Of a stretch of DNA of 64,000 bases, positions 47,600 through 60,324 are shown in pieces. Origin of the DNA: Malacoraja senta. Taxonomy: Eukaryota. A program made the position numbers and the translations under genes. A model generated the notes under the pieces. That model made no database searches. It saw only the letters and a list, made by a program, of their open reading frames with translations, and had not been told where the DNA came from. Numbering within the stretch: position 1 is the stretch's first letter; every line of letters starts with the position of its first letter. The stretch is taken from positions 2,978,001 through 3,042,000 of the forward strand of contig CM075990.1 in the NCBI GenBank assembly GCA_038087875.1, read 5' to 3'.

Positions 47600-48450
47600 T
47601 ACAAAATGGTAGTTATATTGCAGTGGTGGAAAGCCATTATCAGTAATCACTGCTTATAATGGATGCTGAAATGATATAGTTTCACATTCAGATCAACCAA
47701 ATCTGCGGCATTACTGGAAATGGAAATTAACAGCAAAATGATTAATTTAAGTGAAGTGTATACGATATTAATAAAGTAATAATTGAATAGATTAACATCT
47801 TGCACGGGCTCGATGTTGCCAAATGTATTCTTTTTTTTCCTCCTTTTTACCTTTGAGAAGCAATAAAAAGGTGTAATTCTTTCTGAGTGAAAATTGCTGG
47901 TTGTACATTTATTCTTGCAGCATTTTTTTTTTTCTGTGCCCACAAGGAATTTGGATAACAAATGCAATATTCAGGCCCTGTCCTCTGATTTATATATATA
48001 TATATATATATTTTTTTTCCACTCTCAATATGTATTGCCCTGCAATTTTTTTTTTGTTTTAAAGATAGCTCGTTTCAAAGTGAACCCTCTCAGTGGACCT
48101 GACAACCTATCAACCATTATACGTATAAACAGGTCAGATTGGCTGTGTATTCCAATATGTTATACTTTAAGGTTTTCAGCATGTGGAATCTCTAAGTAGA
48201 AATTGAAACCAAAATCCTTCAGGGGATCTTTCTGAGACTATGCCACTGGATGATAAATCTTCTCTCTTCGCATTCCGAATAGGGGAGGGGGGGGGGGGGG
48301 CAGAAAAAAAATTAATTTCCAAACAACAGGACTCTCTGCACATGACAATAGCACAAACCATAACTAATATTATTAGCTGGGAGGCCAGGCCTAGCAATAT
48401 TGTTTTATTGTTATTTTTTTTCGTGTCCCTTCCCAAAGTGTGTGTATGTG
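47600..48450. promoter_or_regulatory. Candidate conserved non-coding element cluster
   Basis: Within a ~1.8-kb transposon-free island; TAAT/ATTA-rich, no credible ORF. Confidence 0.45.
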
Positions 48451-49209
48451 TTGGGCACATTTAGAGAATGGGGGTGCAAGCGGTGACAATAGGACCTCCT
48501 ATTCTCCCGACTTTCCCAGTCCCCCTTCCCCCTGCCCCCCCCATAACCCCCCTCCTCCCTCTCACTCCTGCTGTGGTGTCACAGCTTCTCCCCTGCTTTG
48601 CAAGACAAAGGGGCCGATCAACTATTAGTAATCGGCTATTAATGAACTTCAAGTGATACTCACTGGAGATCGTGTACCAGAAGGGGCAGTGCCACCACTG
48701 GGGACCCTGCCCTGCTATTGTCCCCTTTGTCGAGATAGCAGCTGGAAGAGGCCGTTCCGAGTTAGGGCGAATGTGAACGACAACAAAAAAAATGGCCAGC
48801 GTAATGGATGTAATTAATCGGCCTGTTTTGTGTCTCTGCGGCTTTTCCCAACCCCCCCCCACACATCCCCTCCCTCCAGCCCCCACCCCCCCTCTCCACC
48901 ACCCACCCTCCATCCCCTGTCACCAAACCACACTCTATGTATCACCGGTCAATCTGAACCCTTCACGTCGGGAAGAAGAAGCCACAGCAAGGAATTAAAC
49001 GCTGGGCACTTGGGGATTAAAGGCAGCCGTTTAAGCTGGCGTTAAGGTCTCACAAATAAGATTAGGCCTGAAGAGGCAGAAGATTAAGGATCGGTTAATG
49101 TCCGCTCAGGGAGTACGACCCACTTTTGCTTTCACATGATCTGAAGCTGGATTACAGCAGACTATAGTTCCATACACCTGATACCAGCCACCACACCTCC
49201 ACACTCATC

Positions 49210-49522
49210 AGTTCATAAGTGATAGGAGCAGAATTAGGCCATTTGGCCCATCAAGTCTACTCCGCCATTCAATCATGGCTGATCTATCTCTCCCTCCTAA
49301 CCCCATTCTCCCGCCTTCTCCCCATAACCCCTGACACCCGTACTAATCAAGAATCTATCAATCTCTGGCTCAAAAATATCCATTGACCTGGCTTCCGCAG
49401 TCTTCTGTGGCAATGAATTCCACAAATTCACCACCCTCTGACTAAATAAATTCTTCCACAACCTCTTCCTAAAAGAACATCCTTTAATTCTAAGCACATG
49501 ACCTCTGGTCCAAGACTATCCC
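49210..49522 (-). mobile_element. CR1 LINE 3' fragment
   Basis: FSQRVVNLWNSLPQK. Confidence 0.85.
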
Positions 49523-49561
49523 ACTCCTGCTTACCTGCTCACAAAACATTTCCATTGGAAC

Positions 49562-49730
49562 TGGGTGGCATGGTGGCGCAGCGGTAGAGTTGCTGCCCCA
49601 CAGCACCAGAGACCCGGCATTAATCCTGACTACAGGCGCTGTCTCTACAGAGTTTGTACATTCTCCCTGTGACCGCGTGGGTTTTCTCCAGGTGCTCCGG
49701 TTTCCTCTCACACTCCGAAGACGACCAGGT
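49562..49730 (+). mobile_element. HE1/V-SINE-like SINE, 5' part (rest at ~49895-49940 and ~50315-50385)
   Basis: Head and core, split by later insertions. Confidence 0.75.
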
Positions 49731-49939
49731 ATGCAGACAGAGTATAAAGAAGGGTCCTGAGCCTAAATGTCACCGATCCATGTTCTCCAAAGATGCTGTC
49801 GGACCCGCTGAGTTACACCAGCATTCGGTATCTATATTTGGAATAAACCAAAGATTACATCTGTTTTTTTTACATCAGGTTTTATTACATCGGGTTTGCA
49901 GGTGAATTGATATTTTTAAATTGCCCCCAGTGTGTAGAA

Positions 49940-50312
49940 TGGAGGGCCGCAGTGGCAAACACTGTCCGGAGGTGCCACTGAGAAGCTTCGTGGGTGGACG
50001 GAGCCCGCGGCCGACGGCCTCTGGGTCTGCGGCGCCCATGGCTGGGGCCTGGGTCGGCGCCTGGAGAGGACCCGGCGGCGATAGTGGAGAGGCTGGCGCG
50101 GCGGTCGATGATGGCGCCGACCGACAGACGAGGACGGACCACGTGGAAGTGAGGACGCCGCTGTCGGGGGAAGGAACAAAGGAGGACCCGGGGTGGGCGT
50201 ACTTTGTAACTTTGTAAGCGCCCTTTACATGGTGACTATTTGCATACCTTGCGTATGCCAGCAAAGAATTTCACTGTGAATTGTCACATGTGCCAATAAA
50301 GTATCCATTCAC
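49940..50312 (+). mobile_element. GC-rich non-autonomous retroelement with Rex1-like 3' tail
   Basis: GC-rich body, then GAATTTCACTGTG...CACATGTGCCAATAAAGTATCCATTC; inserted in a SINE. Confidence 0.55.
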
Positions 50313-50539
50313 AGAGCTAGTCTACGGGGTGATCGCTGCCCAGTGTGGACTTGGTGGACTTGCTTGTCCTCCACTGTATCTCTACAGGGGAGTTCTACAA
50401 ATGCCTCATTAATTGTTAATTGTCTCAGTGGGTGCAAAGGATTCATGGCAGAACATGAAGAAGAGCGAATGTTCAAGAGGGTCAAAAGTGTTCAATTGTC
50501 ATATGTACTGAGAACAGAACAATGAGTCTGAAGAAGGGC

Positions 50540-50965
50540 CTGAGCTACAGGGAGAGGTTGAGCAGGCTAGGACTCTTCCTTGGAGCGCAGGAGGATGAGG
50601 GGGTGATCTTATAGAGGTGTAAAACATCATGACAGGAATGGATAGGGTAAATGCACAGAGCCTTTACCCCAGAATAGGGGAATCAAGAACCAGAGGACTT
50701 GAGTTTGTGAGGGGGGAAAAGATTTAATAGGAATCTGAGGTGCACCTTTTAAAAAAAAAGGGTGGTAGGTGTATGGAACAGGTTGCTGGAGGAGGTAGTT
50801 GAGGCAGGTACTATAGCAATTTAGACAAGTACGTAGATAGGATAGGTTTAGAGGGATATGGGCCAAATGCAGGCAGGTGGGTCGAAGGTGGATAGGACAT
50901 GTTGCTCGGCATGGACAAGTTGGGCCGAAGGGCCTGTTTCCACGTTGTATGACGCTATGACTCTA
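50540..50965 (+). mobile_element. CR1 LINE 3' fragment
   Basis: Same subfamily as 12935-13455. Confidence 0.85.
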
Positions 50966-51216
50966 CGGGTCTCGACCGAAACATCACCTATCCATGTTCT
51001 CCAGAGATACTGCCTGACCTGCTGAGTTACTCCAGCCCTTTGTGTCCTTTAGTGTATTAACCAGCATCTGCAGTTCCTTGTTTCTACAATAAAATTCTTA
51101 CTTGCAAGAGCATAACAGGTCTGTAAATGAAATACTTATGGATGACATCATAAACAAAAACTGTTCAATTAGTAAAAAAACAATACTAGTGAAAAAAAAA
51201 ACCCTAATACCTGAGA

Positions 51217-51447
51217 GCGGGACATAGCAGCGGAGTTGCTGCCTTACAGCGCAAGAGACTCAGGCTTGATCCTGACCATGGGTGCTGTCTGTAGGGAGTT
51301 TGCACGTTCTCCCAGTGACCTGCGTGGGTTTTCTCCAAGTGCTCAGATTTCACCCCACACTCCAAAGACGTACAGGTTTGTAGGTAAATTAGCTTCGGTA
51401 AAATTGTAATTGTAAATTGACCCTAGTGTGTGTAGGATAGTGCTAGT
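51217..51447 (+). mobile_element. HE1/V-SINE-like SINE, 3' truncated by CR1
   Basis: Head and core. Confidence 0.8.
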
Positions 51448-53142
51448 CATAAGGTCAGAAGTGATAGGAGCAGAATTTGGCCATTCGGCCCATGACGTCT
51501 ACTCAGCCATTCTATCATCGCTGATCTATCTCTCCCCCCTAACGCCATTCTCCTGCCTTGCCCCATAACCCCTGACACCCATATTAATCAATAATCTATC
51601 TATCTCTGCCTTAAAAATATCCATTGACTTGGCCTCCACAGCCTTACATGGCAAAGAATTCCACAGATCCACTACCCTCATCTCAAGAGAAATTCCTCCT
51701 CATCTTCCTAAAGGAACGTCCTTTAATTCTGAGGCTATGACCTCCGGTCCTAGACTCTCCCAATAGTGGAAACATCCTCTCCACATCCACTCTATCCAAG
51801 ACTTTCACTATTTGGTATGTTTTAATGAGGTCCCCCTCATTTTCTAAACTCCAGCAAGTACAGGCCCAGTGCCATCAAACACTCATCATAGGTTAACCGA
51901 CTCATTCCTGGGATCATTCTTGTAAACCACCTCTGGACCCTCTCCAGAGCCAGCACATCCTTCCTCAGATAGGGTGCCCATAATTGCACACAATATTCCA
52001 AATGCGGGCTTATCAGCGCCTTATAGAGCCTCAGCATTACATCCCTGTTTCTGTATTCTACCCCTCTTGAAATAAATGCTAGCATTGCGTTTGCCTTATT
52101 TACTGCCGATTCGACTTGCAGATTAACTCTTTGGGAATTCTGCATCGGCACTCCCAAGTCCCTTTGCACCTCCAATTGCTGGATTTTATCCCCATTTAGA
52201 AAATAATCTAGCCGTTATTTCTGCCACTAAAATGCATGACTCCACACTTTGCTACACTATATTCCATCTGCCACTTCTCTGCCCACTCTCCCAACCTGTC
52301 CAAGTCTTTCTTCAGAGCCCTGCTTTCTCTACACTACTGCCCCCTCCACCTATTTTCATATAATCGCAAACTTGGCCACAAAACCTTCAATCCCCTTATC
52401 CAAATAAATAATATACAATGTGAAGTGTAGCGGTTCCAGCACCAACCCTTGCGGAACCCCACTAGTCACTGGCAGCCAACTAGAAAAAGCCCCCTTTGTT
52501 GCCACTCTTTGCCTTCTGCCATCCAGCCAACCTGATATCCATGCTAGGATCTGCCCTTTGATACCATGGGCTCTCATCTTCATAAGCAGCCTCACATTTG
52601 GCACTTTATCAAAGGCTTTCTGAAAATCTAAATAGACAACATCTACTGACTCTCCTTTGTCTGTCCTGCTATTTACTTCTTCAAAGAATTTCAGCAAACT
52701 TGTCAGGCAAGACCTCCTCTTCACAAAGCCATGCTGACATCGGCCTATTTTATCGTGAACTTCTAAGTACTCCGTAACCTCATCCTTTATAATGGACTAA
52801 AATCTCGCCAACCACCAAAGTCAGACTAACTGGCCTATAGTTCCCACTATTCCGCCTTGCTCCCTTTTTGTGTAATATTGGCAATTTTCCCATCATCTGA
52901 AACCTCTCCCGACTGGTGATTCTTGAAGTATCACTATTAATGCCTCCACAATCTCTAAAGTCACCTCATTCAGAACCCCCAGGTGCAGTCCATCCGGTCC
53001 AGGTGACTTATCCACCTTCAGCCCTTTCAGCTTCCAAAGCACCTTCTCCCTAGTAATAGCCGCTCGACTAACATCCACCCCCTGACTCTCTTGAATTTCG
53101 GCCACGTTGCCGGTGTCGTCCACTGTGAAGATTGATGCAAAA
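51448..53142 (-). mobile_element. CR1 LINE, ~1.7-kb ORF2/RT pseudogene
   Basis: Successive minus ORFs: KSPGPDGLH, RSCLTSLLKFFEEV...VYLDFQKAFDKVP, SGVPQG, VAKFA, RPHLEYCVQ-like...LERVQR. Confidence 0.93.
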
Positions 53143-53164
53143 TTCTTCTGCAGTTTTATAGGGC

Positions 53165-53700
53165 TTCTTCTGCAGTTGTATAGGGCTCTGGTGAGACCAC
53201 ATCTGGAGTATTGTGTACAGTTTTGGTCTCCTAATTTGAGGAAGGACATCCTTGTGATTGAGGCAGTGCAGCGTAGGTTCACGAGATTAATCCCTGGGAT
53301 GGCGGGACTGTCATATGAGGAAAGATTGAAAAGACTAGGCTTGTATTCACTGGAGTTTAGAAGGATGAGGGGGGATCTTATAGAAACATATAAAATTATA
53401 AAAGGACTGGACAAGCTAGATGCAGGAAAAATTTCCCCAATGTTGGGCGAGTCCACAACCAGGGGCCACAGTCTTAGAATAAAGGGGAGGTCATTTAAGA
53501 CTGAGGTGAGAAAAAACGTTATCACCAAGAGAGTTGTGAATTTGTGGAATTCCCTGGGGCTAGTGGAGTCAAGGGATATGGGGAGAAGGCAGGCACGGGT
53601 TATTGATAGGGGACGATCAGCCATGATCACAATGAATGGCGGTGCTGGCTCGAAGGGCCGAAGGGCCTCCTGCACCTATTTTCTATGTTTCTATGTTTCT
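53165..53700 (+). mobile_element. CR1 LINE 3' fragment
   Basis: LYRALVRPHLEYCVQFWSPNLRKD...; (TTTCTATG)n tail. Confidence 0.9.
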
Positions 53701-54259
53701 GTGTTTAAAGTAGGTTATTCAACTCTGCTATACAGCCATCCTGCTAGCCACCCCACTAACTTGCACCCCCTGACCAAACTTCCACCGAAACTCCAGTTCT
53801 CTCCCCTCTACTTTCACTTTGAGGAAGGGATTGTCAGTGCCCCTTATATAGCGACTCTTTGCATACTTGTGTGTGCAACACAACGAGTCTCACTGCACCA
53901 TGTCACATGTGATAATAAAGTATCATTTATTCATACAATCAAGGGTCTCGACCCGAAACGTCACCCGTCCTTTTTCTCCAGAGATGCTGCCTGACCCGCT
54001 GAGTTACTCCAACCTTTTCTCTCTTAGTCTAAACTAAGCTAAACTTTCGCCTTCTGAAGAGGCAATTAAGGATGAACGATAAATGCTGTTTTTTTGCTCT
54101 TGATGCCATGATCCTGAAAATAGAGTAAATGAATTATAAATAAAAGGCCATGGGAATCCAAATTCACACCAGTGAGTCAGTGAGCTCCACACGGACCAAA
54201 CAGTAAATGATGCCTTCATTCAATTACTGGCAAAAGCAAAAGACATATGACATTTATTA

Positions 54260-54965
54260 GGGCAGCACAGTGGTGCAGTGGTAGAGTTGCTGCCTTACAG
54301 CGCTAGAGAACCCGGGTTTGATCCTGACTAGAGGTGCTGTCTGTACGGAGTTTGTATGTTCTGCCCGGGACCTGCGTAATCTTTTCTCCGAGATCTCATT
54401 ACACAGGATCCCACCCTCCCCCTGCACAAGTCCTTCCAACTTCTGCCACCAGGCCGCCGATATAAAGTCCCCCTAACTAAGAAAAACATCCACAAAAACT
54501 CATTCATACCCATTGCCATAAGCAGCTTAAATAAAAAATGAACAATGGACAAATTAACCCTGACGCACTGTCACTTTACACGTATCCACAACTTTCATCT
54601 TGTCTATTTTTACAGTTTTTAATCCTTATACTTGCTTTTAAGATCTATACACACGGTGTGTGCTCGCAGAAATCTGTGTTGTATGACTGCTTATCAGTAC
54701 ATTGTCCTGTTTGTATGTTGAGCCACGCCAAAGAAGAATTTCTGTTACGACAGACAATAAAGTTTTCTGAATCTGAATCTGAATCTGAATCTTTGGTTTC
54801 CTTCCACACCCCAAAGACGTACAGGTTTGTCGGTTAATTGGCTTGGTATGAGTGGAAAATGGTCCCTAGTGTGTGTGGGGGTAGTGTTAATGTGCGGGGT
54901 CGGTGCAGACTCGGTGGGCCGAAGGGCCTGTTTCCACGCAGTATTTCTAAACTAAACGAAACTAA
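54260..54965 (+). mobile_element. HE1/V-SINE-like SINE split by a Rex1/L2-type fragment (~54398-54790)
   Basis: SINE halves rejoin; insert reads HPPLHKSFQLLPPGRRYKVP...KNSFIPIAISSLN and has a (TCTGAA)n tail. Confidence 0.8.
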
Positions 54966-55319
54966 AAAAGGAAGGAAAAAACCTAGTTTTAGTTTAATTT
55001 AATTATTGTCACGTGTACCGAGGTACAGTGAAAAGCTTTTTGTCGCGTGCTATCCAGTAGGCCAAAACACGAGACAATAGCGGGGTCAGGGGATATGGGG
55101 AGAAGGCAGGAACGGGGTACTGATTGGGGATGATCAACCATGATCACATTGAATGGTGGTGCTGGCTCGAAGGGCCGAATGGCCTACTCCTGCACCTATT
55201 GTCTATTGTCTATTGAGACATGTGTACAGTCAAGCTGTCCACAGTCTACAGACACAGGATAAAGGGCATAATGGTTTGTTGAACAATTTCAGTGGGTTTT
55301 TAAGCTGGGTAAGGAGTCA

Positions 55320-55550
55320 CATATAGCCCGACTAAGGCAAGGGTGGCAGATTTACCCTGCTGAAGGACACTCACATACCAGATGGGTCCTTACAATACTC
55401 TAATAGTTTTTATTGTCCTCATTACTAAGGCTAGCAATTCTAAGACTAATTATTAACGGAATTAAAATTCCACAGCTGGTTCCAACTCAAGTCTCTGGAT
55501 TGTTCGCCCAAGTGCTTTGATTACTAATCTGGCAATTTAACAGCCGTGCC
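55320..55550 (-). mobile_element. Decayed DeuSINE (SacSINE1/AmnSINE1-like) remnant
   Basis: GGCAGATTTACCCTGCTGAAGGACACT...ACCAGATGGGT resembles the recalled reverse-complement Deu-domain consensus. Confidence 0.5.
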
Positions 55551-55672
55551 CACGTTGCACAAATAGCATGCTGGCTGAGTTTGCATCACAATGGGAAAGA
55601 GATAGTAAGGACTTGATGGACCAAATAGCCTCTCTCTGTGCTGCAAGCTTCCATAGCATTATTGACTACACT

Positions 55673-55935
55673 CATAGAAACATAGAAAGATAGAAAATAG
55701 GTGCAGGAGGAGGCCGTTCGGCCCTTCGAGTCAGCACCGCCATTCATTGCAATCATGGCTGATCTTCCCAAGTCAATAACCCGTGCCTGCCTTCTCCCCA
55801 TATCCCTTGATTCCACTAGCCCCTAGAGCTCCAACTAACTCTTGCTTAAATCCATCCAGTGATTTGGCCTCCACTGCCCTCTGTGGCAGGGAATTCCATA
55901 AATTCACAACTCTCTGGGTGAAAAAGTTTTCTCTC
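55673..55935 (-). mobile_element. CR1 LINE 3' fragment
   Basis: Same subfamily as 53165-53700, reverse. Confidence 0.85.
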
Positions 55936-55939
55936 ACCT

Positions 55940-56198
55940 TTTGTTTCGTTTAAAGATACAGCGTGGAAACAGGCCCTTCGGCCCACCGAGTCCGCGCCGA
56001 CCAGCGATCCCCGCACACCGCATATCAAGCCAATTGGCCCACAAACCTGTGCGACTTTGGGGTGTGAGAGGAAACTGGAGCTCCCAGAGAAAACCCATAC
56101 AGGTCACGGGGAGAATGTACAAACTGCACCAGTAGTCAGGATCGAACCCGGGTCTCTGGCGCTGTGAGGCAGCAACTCTACCGCCGCGCCACCGTGCC
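55940..56198 (-). mobile_element. HE1/V-SINE-like SINE
   Basis: Reverse copy. Confidence 0.8.
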
Positions 56199-56311
56199 TT
56201 GCACGTGGGTTTCCACCGGGTGCTCCGGTTGCCTTCCAGGTCACAAACACGTGTGGGTTTGTGCTTCAGAAATGTGTCAATATTGTGGCCGGGGCAACTG
56301 AGGAAAAGACA

Positions 56312-56720
56312 CGGGCGGCACGGTGGCGCAGCTGGTAGAACCGCTGCCTCACAGCACCCGGGGACCCAGGTTCGATCCTGACCTCGGGTGCTGTCTGTGT
56401 GGAGCTTGCACGTTCTCCCTGTGACCGCGGGGTTTCCTCATACACCAACCGGCACAGTTCTTAGGGCCACACAGTGGCACAGCTGGTAGAGCTGCCACCT
56501 CGCAGATCCAGAGACCCTGGTTCGATCCTGACCTTGGGTGCTCTCTGTGTGGAGTTTGCACGTTCTCTCTGTGGCCATGTGGGTTTCCTCCGGGTGCTCC
56601 GGTTTCCTCCCACATCCCAAGGACGTGCAGGTTTGTAGGATAATTGACCTCGGTAAATTGCCCCCTAGTGTGTCTGAAGTTGACGAGAAAGTGGGATAAC
56701 ATAGAACTAGCGTGAACGGC
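56312..56720 (+). mobile_element. Two tandem HE1/V-SINE-like 5' portions
   Basis: Heads at ~56312 and ~56465, each with GGTTCGATCC. Confidence 0.8.
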
Positions 56721-57120
56721 TATTAATTGTTATCACTTCTTTAAAAAGCTTCTCAAAGAGACTATTAGTTGTCTGCGAAGGATCCTCCCACACTTTTACT
56801 ATGGACCTTAGAGTCATAGAGTCTTACAGCATGGAAACAGGCCCTTCGGCCCAACTGGCCTCTGTTATTCGCCCCGAGTGTGTCGGTAGTGGATGCACCT
56901 TAACCGGGATAGTGGGTGTCAGCGGTTATGAGGAGGAGGCAGGAGAATGGGGTTGAGAGGGAAAGTTATATCAGCCAAGATTGAACCACGATGGGCTGAA
57001 TGGTCTAATTCTGCTTCAATCACTTATCAATTAGTAAACTTATGATGCGAAATTGGGATAACATAAACTAGTGATACACAAAAAGCTGTAGTAACTCAGC
57101 AGGACAGGCAGCATCTCTGG

Positions 57121-57360
57121 AGACAATAGACAATAGGTGCAGGAGTAGGCCATTTGTCCCTTCGTGCCAGCACTGCCATTCAATGTGATCATGGCTGATC
57201 ATCCCCAATCAGTACCCCGTTCCTGCTTTCTCCCCATATCCTCTGACTCCGCTATTTTTAAGAGCCCTATCTAGCTCTCTCTTGAAAGTAACCAGTGAAC
57301 CGGCCTCCACCGCCCTCTGAGGCAGACAATTCCACAGACTCACAACTCTCTGTGTGAAAA
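57121..57360 (-). mobile_element. CR1 3' fragment nested in a Penelope-derived inverted pair
   Basis: FTQRVVSLWNCLPQRAVEAG; splits the unit at CTCTGGAGA|AAAGGAATGGG. Confidence 0.8.
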
Positions 57361-57786
57361 GGAATGGGTGACGTTTCGGGTCGAGACCCTTCTTCAGAAG
57401 AAACCCTTCTTCGCCTGAAGAAGGGTCTCGATCCGAAACCCCACCCATTCCTTCTCTCCAGAGATGCCGCCTGTCCCGCTGAGTTACTCCAGCATTTTGT
57501 GTCTATCTTTGGTTTAACCCAGCATCTGCAGTTCCTTCCTACTGGTAAAATAGTGTGAATGCCTGTTCAATGGTCAGCGTGGACTCGGTGGGACGAGAGG
57601 CTGTTTCAATGCTGTATCTCTAAAACTAAAAAGTAAAACTTGCTACCAAATTATGAGGATGTCTGGAGAGTTGGGAATCTGCATGTGCGGACAATCTGTA
57701 AGGAGAGGGATGTAAAATTCATGACAATTGAGAGAACATCCTGTGAGACACTAACATAAGGAGGATAGAACAGAGAGCATATAATA

Positions 57787-58011
57787 TGGCTCTGTCCCAC
57801 TTGGACGACTCTTTAGGCGATTGCCAGGGACTAGTTTTAATGGAATTTACCTACGACACCTGGCGACAACCTACGTCAACCTACGACAACCTATGATAAC
57901 CTACGACAGCAAAAATTGTCCCCACTGTTGCTGAAAATATTTCAACATGTTGAAAATTTTGCAGCAGTCTCCTGTGGTTGCCCCAAAAATCGCCTAAGTG
58001 GGACAGGCCCA
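57787..58011. mobile_element. PIF/Harbinger-like MITE
   Basis: TIR (G)GCTCTGTCCCACTT / AAGTGGGACAGGCCC; internal CAACCTACGA repeats; shares TTCAACATGTTGAAAAT with the other two copies. Confidence 0.7.
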
Positions 58012-58179
58012 TTGGACAGCACTTTCTCACACAAAGATCAACTACAATTCTGAACTATCGACTTCATAAGATCTTTGAAGTTAGAGTCTGAAGAAAGGTC
58101 TCGATCCAAAATGTCACCTATTCCTTCTCTCCAGGGATGCTGCCTGTCTCGCAGAGTTACTCCAGCATGTTGTGTCTAG

Positions 58180-58448
58180 ATAATAGACAATAGACAATAG
58201 ACAATAGGTGCAGGAGTAGGCCATTCGGCCCTTCGAGCCAGCACCGCCATTCAATGTGATCATGGCTGATCATCCCCGTTCCTGCCTTCTCCCCATATCC
58301 CCTTTAAGAGCCCTATCCAGCTCTCCCTTGAAAGCATCCAGAGAACCTGCCTCCACCGCCCTCTGAGGCAGAGAATTTCACACTCACAACTCTCTGTGAG
58401 AAAAAGTGTTTCCTCGTCTCCGTTCTAAATGGCTTACCCCTTATTCTA
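58180..58448 (-). mobile_element. CR1 LINE 3' fragment
   Basis: (ATTGTCT)n tail subfamily. Confidence 0.85.
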
Positions 58449-59126
58449 TAGACAATTCAATCAGCCAATCTTGGTCATTTTGTAGACACGAGGAACTGCA
58501 GATGCTGTGATTTGAACAAAGCAAAACCACAAAGTGCTGGAGTAACTCAGAGAGTGAGGAAGCATCTCTGGAGAACATGAATAGATAACATTTCGGTTCA
58601 GAACCCTTCTTCAGACTGGTTGCCTGCTACAATGTACACAGAAGGGTTCTGACGATAGTTTTGGCTTGGTTATGGCGGTGACCATGTACCATAACCAAGC
58701 AAGTAACCACGAATATCAATGAAATGATGACGAGTTTATCTGTTCTGTTAGCGCTGAACTGGAGGGTAAGGATTAGACAATACTGAACGCACCACTCTCC
58801 CCTCAAACAGTGAAACTCTCACTGCACATCCATCTGTGAGGATCGAGACGCCCTCTCAATAAAATGTTACCTGAAAGCCATCAAGAGAGTGAAGTCAAGA
58901 GTGTTTTATTGTCATATGTCCCGAAATGGAACACAAAATTATAGACACAAAAAGCTGGAATAACTCAGCGGGACAGGGAGTATCTCTGGAGAGATGGAAT
59001 GGGTGACGTTTCGGGTCGAGACCCTTCTTCAGATAATTAAATCTTAATTGCAGCAGCACAACAGGCATGTTAACATAGGACTCTGTAAACACCATTATCA
59101 CCATAATGAACAAAAAATGTTCAGTT

Positions 59127-59209
<83 letters not shown>

Positions 59210-59230
59210 CTTATTATCGTATTATCTCTC

Positions 59231-59261
<31 letters not shown>

Positions 59262-59275
59262 ACTATCTATCTTTA

Positions 59276-59330
<55 letters not shown>

Positions 59331-59342
59331 CATCTATCTATC

Positions 59343-59388
<46 letters not shown>

Positions 59389-59393
59389 TCCCT

Positions 59394-59469
<76 letters not shown>

Positions 59470-59470
59470 T

Positions 59471-59565
<95 letters not shown>

Positions 59566-59631
59566 CTTATTATCTTATTATCTCTCTCTATTATCTATCT
59601 ATCTATCTATTTATCTAACTATCTATCTTTA

Positions 59632-59709
<78 letters not shown>

Positions 59710-59752
59710 ATATCTATCTATCTATCTATCTGTCTCTCTATCTATCTATCTA
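59127..59752. repeat. Compound (TATC)n/(CT)n microsatellite
   Basis: Long TATC arrays flanking a CT/CCCTCT block. Confidence 0.97.
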
Positions 59753-59999
59753 TTGAAGATAGACTCAAAATGCTGGAGAAACTCAGCGGGACAGGCAGCA
59801 TCTCTGGAGAGAAGGAATGGGTGACGTTTCGGGTCGAGACCCTTCTTCAGATCAATGTATCTATTTATCTTTCCATGTTCAATGATACTTAATTTGCCGC
59901 ATGTGTAACTGCACGGGGAAATTCTTGTTGCATATTTACACATGCGACTGCCGCTGTTACCCCTGCACTTTGTGTGATTTTAATCATCAGTCATGGCTT

Positions 60000-60303
60000 T
60001 TATTAGAGATGCAGCAAGAAAAGAGGCCCTTGGGCCTACCGAGTCCATGCTGACCATTCACAGTAGTTCTACGTTATCCCATTTTCTTATCTGTTCCCTA
60101 CACACGAGGAGCAATTTATGAGGTCAGTTACCCTACAAACCCGCATGCCTTTGGGATGTGGAAGGGAACCAGAGCACCTGGAGGAAACCCACGCGGTCAG
60201 AGGGAGAATGTGCGGACTCCACACAGACAGCAGCCGAGGTCAGGATCGAACCTGGGACTCCGACATTGTGAGGCAGCGGTTCTACCATACACTGTGCCAC
60301 TGT
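60000..60303 (-). mobile_element. HE1/V-SINE-like SINE
   Basis: Reverse copy. Confidence 0.8.
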
Positions 60304-60324
60304 ATGCAACTTTTGTTCCATCCA

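Noticed and set aside
53107..53994. 295-aa ORF, and the antisense 260-aa ORF at 52893-53675
   Set aside because: Chance read-through across adjacent CR1 fragments and other repeats; not a host gene.
58664..58700. 12-bp stem hairpin GCTTGGTTATGG...CCATAACCAAGC
   Set aside because: Short and isolated, with no supporting context for a function.
59048..59824. 258-aa (YLSI)n ORF
   Set aside because: Translation of the TATC microsatellite.
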